From Myxococcota bacterium (GTDB taxonomy: Bacteria > Myxococcota_A > UBA796 > UBA2385): 64,000 nt of DNA. This document shows, one piece after another, positions 17,756 to 27,138 of the stretch. Location of the stretch: contig JBIJDH010000013.1 in NCBI GenBank assembly GCA_044344255.1, positions 64,001 through 128,000 on the forward strand. Direction: 5' to 3'. Within the stretch, counting starts at the first letter, position 1, and every line of letters begins with the position of its first letter. The notes beneath the pieces were generated by a model. The model was not told the DNA's origin and made no database searches. It was given only the letters and a program-made list of their open reading frames with translations. The translations under genes and the position numbers were made by a program.

Positions 17756-19288
17756 TCACACTGCCCCGTAGACCCCAGAGCGTCGTGCGTCACCCGCCCC
17801 GCTGAAGCCGTTCGGCCCGAAGCCCGCCACGTGGAGGCCGCCGAAGAACATGTTGGCCCCGTCGAAGCGCTTGAAGTTCGGGTACGTGAGGCCCAGCGCG
17901 CCCAAGGCGCCCGGCGGCCGCCCGTCGGACTCGACGTGGAGCACCCCCCGCTCCATGTGCGAGCGCGGCGCCGAGACGGCCTCGCCGGGATCGAGGTTGT
18001 GGTCGATGAGGTAGACAATGCCGTGCAAGACGGCCGAGCGGATCCGCGACGAGCCGCTCGCCCCGAGGACGTAGATCTGGTCGCCCATCTGCACGATGGT
18101 CGGGCAGCACATCGTCATCAGGCGGTCGCCGGGCAGCGTGCGCACGGAGGGCGGGTTCACGTCCTCTTCGCCGAGGAAGTTGTTCAGCAGCACGCCGGTG
18201 TCGGGCACGACGACGCCGGAGGTCTCGCCCAAAGAGTGTGTGATCGAGACCGCGTTGCCGCTCTCGTCGACCACCGAGATGTGGGTGGTGTGCCCTGGCT
18301 TCTTGGCGCCGTGGGCCCGGTCTTCTCCCATCTCTTCCGGCGCGATGGCCGTGAGGAAGCCGTCGATGAAGCTCGGGTTGAAGAGGTTCGGGATGAGGCC
18401 GTTGCGGCGCGAGGCGTCGATGCGGTCCATGGCGTGGGCCAGGAAGTGCACCTGGGAGGCACCCAGCGGCGGCGGCATCGGCCCGTGGTCTTCGAGGGCG
18501 CGAAGCGCCTGGAGGAGCAAGATGCCGGCCACGCTCGGCGGTGGGGCCGTCCAGATCGTGGCGTCCCGATAGCGGTACTTCAGCGGCTTGATGAAGCGCG
18601 GCCGATAGCCGCCGAGGTCGTCCGCGGTCATCCGCGAGCCGCCCTTGAGCACCCCGAGCATCGCCTGCCCGACCGAGCCGGTGCTGAACAGCCCCGGGCC
18701 CTCGAGGGCATATCGCTGCAAGGTCTCCGCCATCTCGGGCGCGTAGAAGCGCTCCCCCGTGACGAGCGGACGCCCCTTGGGGCCGAAGGTGCGGGCCGAC
18801 CATGGGTTTCGCTGCTGGACCGGCCAGAGCAGGCCGCCCACCCGCTCCATTGCCAGCGAGATCTCCACCCCGTCCCGGGCCGCGCGGACCGCAGGCTGCA
18901 CGAGCTTGGTGAGCGCCACCTTGCCGTAACGCTGGTGCAAGGCGAAGAGCCCGGCGGGCATACCCGGCACCGCGACCGCGCCGGGGCCGATCAGGAAGGC
19001 CTGGGTGGCCGGCCCGAAGTCGATGACGATCTCGTGCATCGAGGCGGGCTCTTGCTGCGGTGCGGAGCGCCCGGGCATGTCGGAGAACAGGTCGCACAGC
19101 TCCACCGCGCCGTTCATCCGCACCATCGCCAGGCCAGCGCCCCCCATGCCCGTGAGCAAGGGCTCGGCCACGGTCGCGGCGAGCGAGGCGGCGACGGCAG
19201 CGTCGACCGCGTTTCCGCCTGCACGGAGCGCGAAGAGGCCAGCGTCTACGGTGTACGGGCTGCCCGCAGCGACGGCGCCGCGGCTCAT
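17756..19288 (-). CDS. ggt: Gamma-glutamyltransferase family protein
   Basis: AGGNAVDAAVAA, VAVPG, HTTHISVVDESGNAVSITHSLG (Thr nucleophile), TGVLLNN, GAGDARR. Confidence 0.92.
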   Translation of the reverse strand: MSRGAVAAGSPYTVDAGLFALRAGGNAVDAAVAASLAATVAEPLLTGMGGAGLAMVRMNGAVELCDLFSDMPGRSAPQQEPASMHEIVIDFGPATQAFLIGPGAVAVPGMPAGLFALHQRYGKVALTKLVQPAVRAARDGVEISLAMERVGGLLWPVQQRNPWSARTFGPKGRPLVTGERFYAPEMAETLQRYALEGPGLFSTGSVGQAMLGVLKGGSRMTADDLGGYRPRFIKPLKYRYRDATIWTAPPPSVAGILLLQALRALEDHGPMPPPLGASQVHFLAHAMDRIDASRRNGLIPNLFNPSFIDGFLTAIAPEEMGEDRAHGAKKPGHTTHISVVDESGNAVSITHSLGETSGVVVPDTGVLLNNFLGEEDVNPPSVRTLPGDRLMTMCCPTIVQMGDQIYVLGASGSSRIRSAVLHGIVYLIDHNLDPGEAVSAPRSHMERGVLHVESDGRPPGALGALGLTYPNFKRFDGANMFFGGLHVAGFGPNGFSGAGDARRSGVYGAV

Positions 19289-20121
19289 CGGCCCGCCCCG
19301 GCGCCGAGCAGACACACATCCACGAAGCGGGCCAACAGCTCGTTCGACTCCGGGCTCGGCTTGTGACTGTCGAGCTGCCGTTGGGCGTCGTCGCCGAACA
19401 AGTAGCCGTACTGCTTCATGTAGCGCTCGAAGCGGGCCCGGTTCTCCTGCCAGGTGAGCTCAGGGTGAAACTGCGTGGCATAGATGGGCTTACCCACCAC
19501 ACGGTAGGCCTGATGGGAGACCCGCTCGCTCCGAGCGAGGTTCTGGCAGCAGTCCGGCAGCACGGTGACGCGGTCCTTGTGGCCGAGCTGGGCCATGAAG
19601 GTGCGCGGCAGGGCCCCGAAGACAGGATCCCCGGCCGCGTCGGGCAGGGTCTCGAGGGTGTAGGTGCCCACTTCGGCGTTCGGCTCGTCGTGGATAACGG
19701 TGCCGCCGAGCCCCACCACCATCGCCTGGAAGCCGAAGCAGGAGGCGAAGGTGGGGTAGCCCTGGCGGGCGACGTCGCCGAGGAAGGTGATGAAGCGCTC
19801 GATGACCGGCGCCGGATCAACCACCGAGTAGTCGCCGGAGCCACCCACGAGGAGCGCGTCGGCCCCCTCGAGGACCCGCTCGTCCAGCGTCTCGGTCAGG
19901 GCGTCCACGCAGCGGAGCTGAGCAGTGGAGACGCCGATGCGATCGGCGAAGGCCCGCAGCTCGTCCTCCCGGGCCGGATCGCCCGCATTTCGGGCCTGGA
20001 GCAGCACGAATCGGAGGCCGGCGCGCGCCTCCGCGGCTTCACGGGACGAGGCTTCGCGGGACGACGCTTCACCGAGCCCCTGTTCAACACGGGCAGAATC
20101 AACACGAGAGCGCATGGGCAC
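19285..20121 (-). CDS. Class I glutamine amidotransferase-like protein
   Basis: ASCFGFQ nucleophile elbow and TQFHPE His-Glu. Stop overlaps the ggt start. Confidence 0.88.
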   Translation of the reverse strand: MPMRSRVDSARVEQGLGEASSREASSREAAEARAGLRFVLLQARNAGDPAREDELRAFADRIGVSTAQLRCVDALTETLDERVLEGADALLVGGSGDYSVVDPAPVIERFITFLGDVARQGYPTFASCFGFQAMVVGLGGTVIHDEPNAEVGTYTLETLPDAAGDPVFGALPRTFMAQLGHKDRVTVLPDCCQNLARSERVSHQAYRVVGKPIYATQFHPELTWQENRARFERYMKQYGYLFGDDAQRQLDSHKPSPESNELLARFVDVCLLGAGAGR

Positions 20122-20191
20122 GGGTTCCCCTTCGTCCCCTCCCCTATTGTGTTCCCCTGCACTTGTGTTCCCCCGCAGCTGTGCCCACGCC

Positions 20192-20605
20192 TCAGGACCA
20201 GCGGGGGATCTTCACCGTGACCGGGCCCTCGACGCGAGCCTGGCAGGCCAGCCGAGCTCCAGCCGTGCTCCGCTCGTGGCCGAGCACCATCCGCTCGCGC
20301 CCGTCGATGGGGCTGAGGTGCTCGGCGCCGGCGACGACGTGCACCCAGCAGGTGCCGCAAGAGCAGATGCCGCCGCAGTAGTGGTTGAGGTCGACCCCGA
20401 GCGTCTGGGCCGCGCCGAGCAGCGTGCTCCCTGGAGGGACGAGCCCGCTCTGGAGGCCGACAAACTCCACCTTCGCAGGGCCCACCGGCCGCGACGGTGC
20501 CCGACTGCCGAGGCCTGCGAGCCCGCTGCGCAGCGCCTCTCGAACCGCCCCCCGCAGGCGATGCCGAAGCCCGCCGCGCGCCCCGCCCTCCGACTCGTCC
20601 GCCAT
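20192..20605 (-). CDS. 2Fe-2S ferredoxin (adrenodoxin type)
   Basis: HYCGGICSCGTCWV and RLACQ motifs. Confidence 0.9.
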   Translation of the reverse strand: MADESEGGARGGLRHRLRGAVREALRSGLAGLGSRAPSRPVGPAKVEFVGLQSGLVPPGSTLLGAAQTLGVDLNHYCGGICSCGTCWVHVVAGAEHLSPIDGRERMVLGHERSTAGARLACQARVEGPVTVKIPRWS

Positions 20606-20843
20606 CCAACACCCCTCGCTCGGCGCTCGCGGTCGCGGACGGGGCCCCGGATCACCCGGGTCCCGATCTCGCCTCCCCAGCGGTTACCCTGGGTGGCGGG
20701 CCCTCGCTCGGGTGTCTACCCTCGCGAGTGGGTGTGTCCCGTAAGGGCCGCCCTCGCTCCGGCGTCCTCCGGGGTGCCTCCCGCTCCGCGGCTCTCCTCC
20801 CCCGGCCAGGGGTCTGTTCTCGGCTTGAGGTCCCCTCCCCTCC

Positions 20844-21977
20844 GTGCGCGCCCCTCCGCCATCCCCTCGGCCCACCTCGACGCCACCTGCTCGGCGAGCC
20901 CGCGGGGGCCTCGCAGGCGCGTGGAGCGGCGCCCTCGCCCACCTCGGCCTGTCCGTGCTCGTCCACGGGGTGGTGGGCGCTCTCTTGTGGACGATCTGGC
21001 CCGCGATCCGGCCCTCCCCTCCCCTCCCCCGCCCCGACTCGGGCGAGGCGGTGGCGGTGACGATGCTGGTCGACGAGGCCTCCAGCGCCGATCTATCCGA
21101 GCTCGATCCCCTCGAAGAGGAGCCGCCAGAGCCCGTCCCCGAGGAGGAGCCTGAGCCTGAGGTCAAGCTACCCGACGGTCAGGTCGTCGAGACACCGGCG
21201 CCGCAGGTCGAGAAGGTCCCAGAGAAGGCCGACTACCTCGCCGACCACAACAACGCCGTCCTCGAGGAGACCAAGACCGACGCCTTCCGGGTCAACCCCG
21301 AGGTGCTCTCGAACCAGTTCTCACGCGAGGACAAGCTCCAATTCGAGGACGTCGCCGACGTCAACGCCACCGAGCCCTCCACCGGCGCCCGCGTCACCGG
21401 GAGCGCCTTCGACCCCGCCAAGGACGGCCCGATGGCCGCCCTCGCCTCCCCCTTCACGCTGACCAACAAGGACGGCCTCGAGAAGCCCGTCCCCGCCTCC
21501 AGCCGCTCCCAAGACCTCGCAGGCGCGCCGCAGAACGACCTCCTCAACGAGAAGCTGGGCGGCGCCACCAACCTCAACACCCGCGAGTGGCTGGGGGCGA
21601 GCTACGTCAACCACATCAAGCGACTCGTGAACTTTTACTGGTCGCAGAACCTCGACAACCTGCCGCACGACATCCGATACGCGCGGAGCCGCTACAGCAC
21701 CGTGGTCTACGTGGTCCTCGACGACCAGGGCGCGCTCGACTCCATCGACATCATCGAGCCCAGCGGCGCCGATCCGCTCGACCAGGCCGTCATCTCCGCC
21801 TTCAAGATGGCCGGCCCCTTCCCGAACCCGCCGCGGCAGCTCGTCTCGAAGGACGGCAGGGTGTACCTCGGCGACTGGGGCTGGACGGTCGAGCTCGGCC
21901 GACCAAGGGCCCCCTACGTGGGCATCGACCCCCGCTCCGGCGTGCAGTTCCCGGGGATCCTGAAGGCGCCGCGCTGA
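20844..21977 (+). CDS. TonB-family energy transducer
   Basis: TM with SVLVH (S-x3-H), Pro/Glu-rich linker, C-terminal PSG...LDQAVISAF..AGPFPNPP. Start uncertain. Confidence 0.8.
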   Translation: MRAPPPSPRPTSTPPARRARGGLAGAWSGALAHLGLSVLVHGVVGALLWTIWPAIRPSPPLPRPDSGEAVAVTMLVDEASSADLSELDPLEEEPPEPVPEEEPEPEVKLPDGQVVETPAPQVEKVPEKADYLADHNNAVLEETKTDAFRVNPEVLSNQFSREDKLQFEDVADVNATEPSTGARVTGSAFDPAKDGPMAALASPFTLTNKDGLEKPVPASSRSQDLAGAPQNDLLNEKLGGATNLNTREWLGASYVNHIKRLVNFYWSQNLDNLPHDIRYARSRYSTVVYVVLDDQGALDSIDIIEPSGADPLDQAVISAFKMAGPFPNPPRQLVSKDGRVYLGDWGWTVELGRPRAPYVGIDPRSGVQFPGILKAPR

Positions 21978-21992
21978 GGCCGGGCGGAGGGA

Positions 21993-22604
21993 CTAGTGGT
22001 GCTTGGGGTGAGCGTCAGCCGGCGCGGTCGGGGTCGCGGCGGCAGGAGCGGCAGAGGCGGGGGTCGCCGCCCCGGTGACGTTCAGCGTGATGGTGGTGGC
22101 CAGCTCGGGCCCGTAGGAGCGGTGGGTGCCGTCGGCGAACTGCATCGTCACCGTGTGCGTGCCCGGGCTCAGCTCGAGGTCGGTCTCGGTGTCACCCTTG
22201 CCGAAGTGGATGTGCTGGGCGTCTTTCGGGACCACCTCGCCGAGCGGCACGGGGACGCCGTCGATGATCAGGTGGTGGTGGCCCGTCCCGGCGACCACCT
22301 CGCCTGCGGGCTGCACCGTGAGGCCCTCGACGTGCATGACCACATGAACGGGGCTCGACACCTCGGCCTTGTCGGCCGGCGAGGCGAAGACCACCTTGGA
22401 GCCCGTCGGCGCCGCGGTCATCGGAGCGGCGGCAGGGGTGGGCGCGGCGGCGACCGGGGCGACCGGGGCGACCGGGGCGACCGGCGCGGGGGCCGGGGCC
22501 GGCGCGGAGCCGCCACAGGCCCAGAGCGTGAGGCCGAAGAGCGCGCCGAGGGCGAGCTTCCGGGGGAGGGCGGCGACGCGGGGCAGGGTGTTCGGAGAGC
22601 GCAT
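21993..22604 (-). CDS. DUF4399-domain lipoprotein
   Basis: Lipobox LWAC, then TGHHHLIIDG, IHFGKGDTE, LSPGTHTVTMQFADGTHRSY. Confidence 0.85.
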   Translation of the reverse strand: MRSPNTLPRVAALPRKLALGALFGLTLWACGGSAPAPAPAPVAPVAPVAPVAAAPTPAAAPMTAAPTGSKVVFASPADKAEVSSPVHVVMHVEGLTVQPAGEVVAGTGHHHLIIDGVPVPLGEVVPKDAQHIHFGKGDTETDLELSPGTHTVTMQFADGTHRSYGPELATTITLNVTGAATPASAAPAAATPTAPADAHPKHH

Positions 22605-22689
22605 CGGGGACAGCCGGGACGGAGGGGCTGAAAGGGTAGCGCCCATCGCACCTCTGGGCAAGCTGCCGGGCGCAGCCGCCCGACGACCG

Positions 22690-24147
22690 TCAGCCGCGGC
22701 GGCGCCGCAGGCCCCAGCCCACGAGGCCGACCAGCGGGAGGAAGCCCATCCACGAGGGAGGAGCGCCGGTGTCCGAGAAGCCCACCGTGCTCACCCAGGG
22801 CTCGACCCCTTCGTCGGCGGTGAGCGTGATGTCCCGGGCGCTGGTGGGAGAGAGCTGTGCGGCGAAGATCGTGATCGGGCGGGAATCGTAGACGTAGTCG
22901 GGGCTGAGGAAGCCGTCGGACTCGAGCTTTCGGAGCACCTGCTCCATGGTCTTGTTCTCGTCCCCGGCGAGCACGGCGTCGGCGGTCTCGACGAGCACGT
23001 CCCACACCGTCTCGGCCAGCTCCGCCACCGCGTCGGCCAGCCAGATGACATCGACGGGCTGGCTGGTGTCCGTTGAGGTGCCCCCGCCGCAGCCTTCCCC
23101 ATCCTGCGCCGCCTGTCCGGCCTCCGCGAAGGCCTTGAGCAGCAGCGGGTACTCGTCGTGCGCCCAGCCCAAGGGCGCGGCGTAGAGGAGGGCCAGCTCG
23201 CCGGGGTGCCCGTCCGAGAAGCGGGAGAGGCGCGCGTCCGCGGCGGGGAAGGCCCGATCGGGCGTGACCACGTCCCAGCCCTCCACGCGCGGCATCGGCG
23301 CCCAGGCGCCGCCGGCCGGGGCCATCGCCACCTCCCCCGTCGCGACGAGCTCGATCGTGAAGGCGTCCTGCGCCGAGAGGGCCGAGATGGCGAAGGGCAG
23401 CCGTACGTCTCGCCCCGGCATCAGGAAGGGCACGACGTCCGTCGGGATGGAGTTGCGGGAGGAGGTGTCTTCGATGGAGGAGACCAGGAGAGGCCGCCCC
23501 ACCCCGGCGTGCTCGATCAGCGCCGCGCGGGCCTCCTCGGAGAACTCGAAGCCTTCGCCCTCGGCGTCGGTCAGCCACTTGTCGAACTCGACCGCCGGTA
23601 CGGTGCGCATCGACTGGACGGTGTTCGGTCGCTCATCGGGCATCTCCCAGAAGCGGTAGATCGGCAGGCCCGGGCTGGCTGAACGCCCGCTGTATGGGGG
23701 CGTGGTGCCGCCGAAACCGCCGCCAGACCAGGGGGGCAGGTCTCCCTCCTCGACCGCGGCGGCGCCCGTGTCGCTCGAGCTCTCCACGCTGGTGCCACCT
23801 GCGCAGCCCAGGGGCGAGCAACCAGCGTCGGAGGTGAAGCGGGCGTCGGGCTGGTAACGCTGCGAGCCGGTGAGGAGCAGCCGGTCCAGCTGGATCGGCT
23901 TCATCAGCGTGTGGAGCTGGGAGGGCTCGACCTCCAGCGGGATGATCCAGAGGAAGGTCCGCGCGCCGGTGATGAGGGCCTGGGTCGCGACGACGGTGCC
24001 CTTGTCATCCTCGGCGACGAGCACGCGCACCGCGGAGAATCGAGGCACGCCGCGGCCATCTCCCACGAGGAGGCCCATGGCCTCGGCCGGGGCGACGAGC
24101 TCAAGGAGGCCGAGGAGGCTGAGGGTGCTGATGGAGCTCGTGATCAT
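22690..24147 (-). CDS. DUF2330-like exported protein with MYXO-CTERM-like C-terminal anchor
   Basis: Signal peptide, FLWIIPL, FDKWL...GF, RLPFAISALSA; ends in a hydrophobic stretch plus RRRRG. Confidence 0.6.
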   Translation of the reverse strand: MITSSISTLSLLGLLELVAPAEAMGLLVGDGRGVPRFSAVRVLVAEDDKGTVVATQALITGARTFLWIIPLEVEPSQLHTLMKPIQLDRLLLTGSQRYQPDARFTSDAGCSPLGCAGGTSVESSSDTGAAAVEEGDLPPWSGGGFGGTTPPYSGRSASPGLPIYRFWEMPDERPNTVQSMRTVPAVEFDKWLTDAEGEGFEFSEEARAALIEHAGVGRPLLVSSIEDTSSRNSIPTDVVPFLMPGRDVRLPFAISALSAQDAFTIELVATGEVAMAPAGGAWAPMPRVEGWDVVTPDRAFPAADARLSRFSDGHPGELALLYAAPLGWAHDEYPLLLKAFAEAGQAAQDGEGCGGGTSTDTSQPVDVIWLADAVAELAETVWDVLVETADAVLAGDENKTMEQVLRKLESDGFLSPDYVYDSRPITIFAAQLSPTSARDITLTADEGVEPWVSTVGFSDTGAPPSWMGFLPLVGLVGWGLRRRRG

Positions 24148-24923
24148 CGCGCGCTCGCCTCCCGATGGGTCGGTGCCGGAGGTTGGCGGTGCTTGGAGTC
24201 AGGCTGCCGCCCCTCGCCGGGGCCGAAGCGCATGCCGATGGAGAGCGCGGGCAGGTTCCGGGAGCCGAGCTCCTCGATGATGATGTCGCAGTCATCACAG
24301 TGGACCTGCCACTCCTCGCGGAGGGGCACGGCGAAGGCGGCCCCGAGGTTGAGCGCGACCTCTGAGCGGGTGTCCGCCTTCATCGCGAGGTCGAGGCCGA
24401 TCGGCACCACCATCGCCAGCGTCCGCTCCCGGCGGAGCGAGAGGGTGCCCTGGGAGAGCTCGCCCTCGGGGATCTCGATGCTCACCTTCGCTTGATGCGG
24501 CTGCCACCAGAGCGCCGCCATCGGCCTCAGCGAGAGGTCGTGGTTCAAGGGGAGCTCCTTGCTGACCTGCACCCCGGCGGCGAGGCGGGGGCGCTGCACC
24601 CAGCTCATGCCGAGGCCGACCGCGAGGGAGAGGGGCGTTCGGCTGCGCCCCTCGTCGAGGGCGCTGAATCGCATGTAGGTGGGCGTCCCGAAGCCGGTGA
24701 CCAGCTCCAGCCCCTCGGTCAGCCGGAACTCCGTGGTCATGCCCAGGCGGGACCGCGGCCGCGACGTGGAGAGCTCAAGCGCGCCTCCGCCCACGTCGCT
24801 GGCTCCGACGGTCGCGCCGTCGAGATCCACGCCGCCGGAGAGGGTGACGCGGCCCACTCCGCCCTCGAAGCTGCTGGCGGGGATCGTCCCCACGGGCAGG
24901 CCCGGTCCGAACAGAGAGGCCAT
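24144..24923 (-). CDS. Hypothetical protein, possible outer-membrane beta-barrel
   Basis: Alternating amphipathic beta-strand pattern, and the stop is coupled to the next start. Start codon uncertain (ORF open to 25082). Confidence 0.5.
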   Translation of the reverse strand: MASLFGPGLPVGTIPASSFEGGVGRVTLSGGVDLDGATVGASDVGGGALELSTSRPRSRLGMTTEFRLTEGLELVTGFGTPTYMRFSALDEGRSRTPLSLAVGLGMSWVQRPRLAAGVQVSKELPLNHDLSLRPMAALWWQPHQAKVSIEIPEGELSQGTLSLRRERTLAMVVPIGLDLAMKADTRSEVALNLGAAFAVPLREEWQVHCDDCDIIIEELGSRNLPALSIGMRFGPGEGRQPDSKHRQPPAPTHREASAR

Positions 24924-25014
24924 CACGGCGCCGAAGGTGAAAGTGCTTGTTGCCAAGAAAATCCCGAGGCCGACCTCAGCCGACCGGTGGAAACAGAGCC
25001 CGCTCAGACCACCT

Positions 25015-25752
25015 TCAAGGCGCCACTTCTGAAGACCACTCCCACCAGCCCGCGTCGTAATGAGACACGGAGTATCCCGCATCTCGAAGGATGACCCAAG
25101 CCAAGGCCGACCGCACGCCGCCGGTGCACATCGTCACCACCGGGCCCGGAGGCAGGTCTGGGACCGTGTCCAGCAGGTGCTTCCATGGCAAGGAGCGCGC
25201 GCCCGGGACGTGGCCGCCGCGGGCCTCGCCGTAGAGGCGCGCCCCGGCGAATTCGTCCGGCTCCCGCACGTCGAGGAGCAGCGTCCCACCCTCCCCCAGG
25301 TGGGCGCGATCGACCCGCAGCTCGGGTCGCACGCTCGGCTCGAAGACCCCGGGGGTAGCGGCGCGTGGGAGGTGGTCGAGGCTGCCCGGCCAGGCCTCGA
25401 CCCCGCCGCGGAGCACGTAGACGTCGGAATGCCCGAGGTAGAGCAGGTCCCACGCGATACGGCCCTCCTCTCCCCATCCATGAGCCCACGCGCCGACGAC
25501 GAGCACCGGTCGCGCGGCGTCCACGCCGAGGGCCGCGAAGTCATGGGCGGCCAGCGCCGGCGGCCCGAGCGCGCCCGTCCGCAAGGAGCCGGTGACGCCA
25601 ATGCGCCAGTCCACACGTTGCGCGCCCGGGAGGTGTCCGCTCAGGAAGTCGAGCCGCCCGCGGCTGTCCAGGATCACCGCGCCGGCGTCTACCAAGCGAG
25701 CCGCCTCGGCGGCGTGTACGAGGATCGGCCTTGGGTGCGGGGTCGGCAGCAT
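25015..25752 (-). CDS. Tandem rhodanese sulfurtransferase
   Basis: GHLPGA, LLDVREPDEF, GHVPGA, active-site CTGGVRS, YDAGWWEWS. Confidence 0.9.
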   Translation of the reverse strand: MLPTPHPRPILVHAAEAARLVDAGAVILDSRGRLDFLSGHLPGAQRVDWRIGVTGSLRTGALGPPALAAHDFAALGVDAARPVLVVGAWAHGWGEEGRIAWDLLYLGHSDVYVLRGGVEAWPGSLDHLPRAATPGVFEPSVRPELRVDRAHLGEGGTLLLDVREPDEFAGARLYGEARGGHVPGARSLPWKHLLDTVPDLPPGPVVTMCTGGVRSALAWVILRDAGYSVSHYDAGWWEWSSEVAP

Positions 25753-25795
25753 CGCTCGAAGATATCGCGCGTCGCGGCCTCCCGCCCCGCCGTCC

Positions 25796-26329
25796 TCACG
25801 CTTCCGGGATGACCGGGAACACGTCGCCGACCAGGTCGCCGTCGTCTTCGCCCTCGGCGAGGTGGTGCCCCCAATGATCGGCGTGCTCGTTCTCGGGGTC
25901 CAGCGTCGCCGCCTTTTGAAAGGCCTCGGCGGAGCGGCGCATCAGCTCCTTCCAGATCGCGGCGTCTCCGAAGATGACCTCGTCTTGATCGGCCTGCTGA
26001 CGCAGGATCTCGCCGAGGAGGTTCCATCCGATCGACATCACCACCGCCTCGGGGAGGTCTTCCGTCCACTGCCCGCCCCCCTCCAGGATCCGGAGCGCCT
26101 CGGCGACCTGCTCTTCAGCCTCATCGAGCTGACCGGTTTCGGCGAGGATCCGCCCGAGCTCCAGGCGGGGCTCGGCGAGCCGCGGCTCCTGACGGAGGAC
26201 CTCGCGGAATCGGTCGGCGGCGCCGTCGATGTCTCCGGAGCGGCTCAGCTCGAGCCCCTCGACAAAACGAGCCTGGAGGGCGGTGAGCAGGGCCTCCGCG
26301 GCGGGGTCCTGGGACTTTTCTTCAGCCAT
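25796..26329 (-). CDS. TPR protein
   Basis: TPR-like helices (LELGRILAETGQLDEAE, AFQKAATLDPEN). Confidence 0.75.
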   Translation of the reverse strand: MAEEKSQDPAAEALLTALQARFVEGLELSRSGDIDGAADRFREVLRQEPRLAEPRLELGRILAETGQLDEAEEQVAEALRILEGGGQWTEDLPEAVVMSIGWNLLGEILRQQADQDEVIFGDAAIWKELMRRSAEAFQKAATLDPENEHADHWGHHLAEGEDDGDLVGDVFPVIPEA

Positions 26330-27056
26330 GATCGGGATCTCCGAGGGGAGGCAGCTCCACCACGAGGCGCTCGCCGCCCAGGTGTGGCTCCCACCGTAAT
26401 ACCCCCTGCCCGCGCTCCACCAGCAGGCGCGCCGCGTAGATCGACCGCGCGACCGCGCCCGTCGGCAGCCGCTCGCCGAAGGCCTCGCTGAGATCCGCCT
26501 CGTCACCGGCGGGGCCGTCGAGCTCGACGACAAAGCCCGGCCCGCTCTGATGAGCGGTCACCTCGCTGGCGCAGCGCTCGAGGCCGGCGGAGAGCAGGTG
26601 CAAGGCGGCGGAGCTCAGGCCGACAGGGTCGATCATCACGACGCTGTCCGCCCCTCGCGACGAAAAGTGGAGCGGGCGCCCCCGCGCGCGGGAGCGGGCG
26701 CCGAGCGCCTGCACGGCGCTCTCCAAGGCTCGGCGCACCCCGGTGGGCTGACCGTACTCCAGCGGGCGGCTGCAGAGCGCCGCGTACCGATTGATGAGCT
26801 GCTCGAGGCTCCCGGACTGACCATTGATGGTCTCAAAGGGATCGAGGTCGCGGGCGACGATGCCGGCCTGGTGGAGCTGCACGACGGCCCGGAGCGCGAA
26901 GACCGGCTGGCGGAGCTCGTGGATCATCTCGGCCGCCAGCCGGCCGAGCTCGATCAGCCGGAGCTCCTCGACCCAGCGGTCCTGCTCGGCGCGGAGGGCG
27001 GCGGTGGCGAGGGGCGCCCCGTGCGGGGGAGGATCAGGCAAGGGGGAGCTGGGCAC
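26322..27056 (-). CDS. HisKA-domain protein with degenerate HATPase domain
   Basis: H-box LGRLAAEMIHELRQP is present. No recognisable N, G1 or G2 boxes. Confidence 0.7.
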   Translation of the reverse strand: MPSSPLPDPPPHGAPLATAALRAEQDRWVEELRLIELGRLAAEMIHELRQPVFALRAVVQLHQAGIVARDLDPFETINGQSGSLEQLINRYAALCSRPLEYGQPTGVRRALESAVQALGARSRARGRPLHFSSRGADSVVMIDPVGLSSAALHLLSAGLERCASEVTAHQSGPGFVVELDGPAGDEADLSEAFGERLPTGAVARSIYAARLLVERGQGVLRWEPHLGGERLVVELPPLGDPDHG

Positions 27057-27138
27057 GGTGACGGGGACGCTCGCGCGACGGGGGTTCTGGGAGCCTTGGC
27101 GGCTCCGGCGGCGCTGGGCTCCGCCGTAAGACGGGGAC

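Noticed and set aside
20606..20843. Several hairpins (including CCC-GTAA-GGG) as a possible ncRNA or riboswitch
   Set aside because: Stems are short and expected in very GC-rich DNA, and no known RNA family motif was recognised. An Rfam search would be needed to revisit this.
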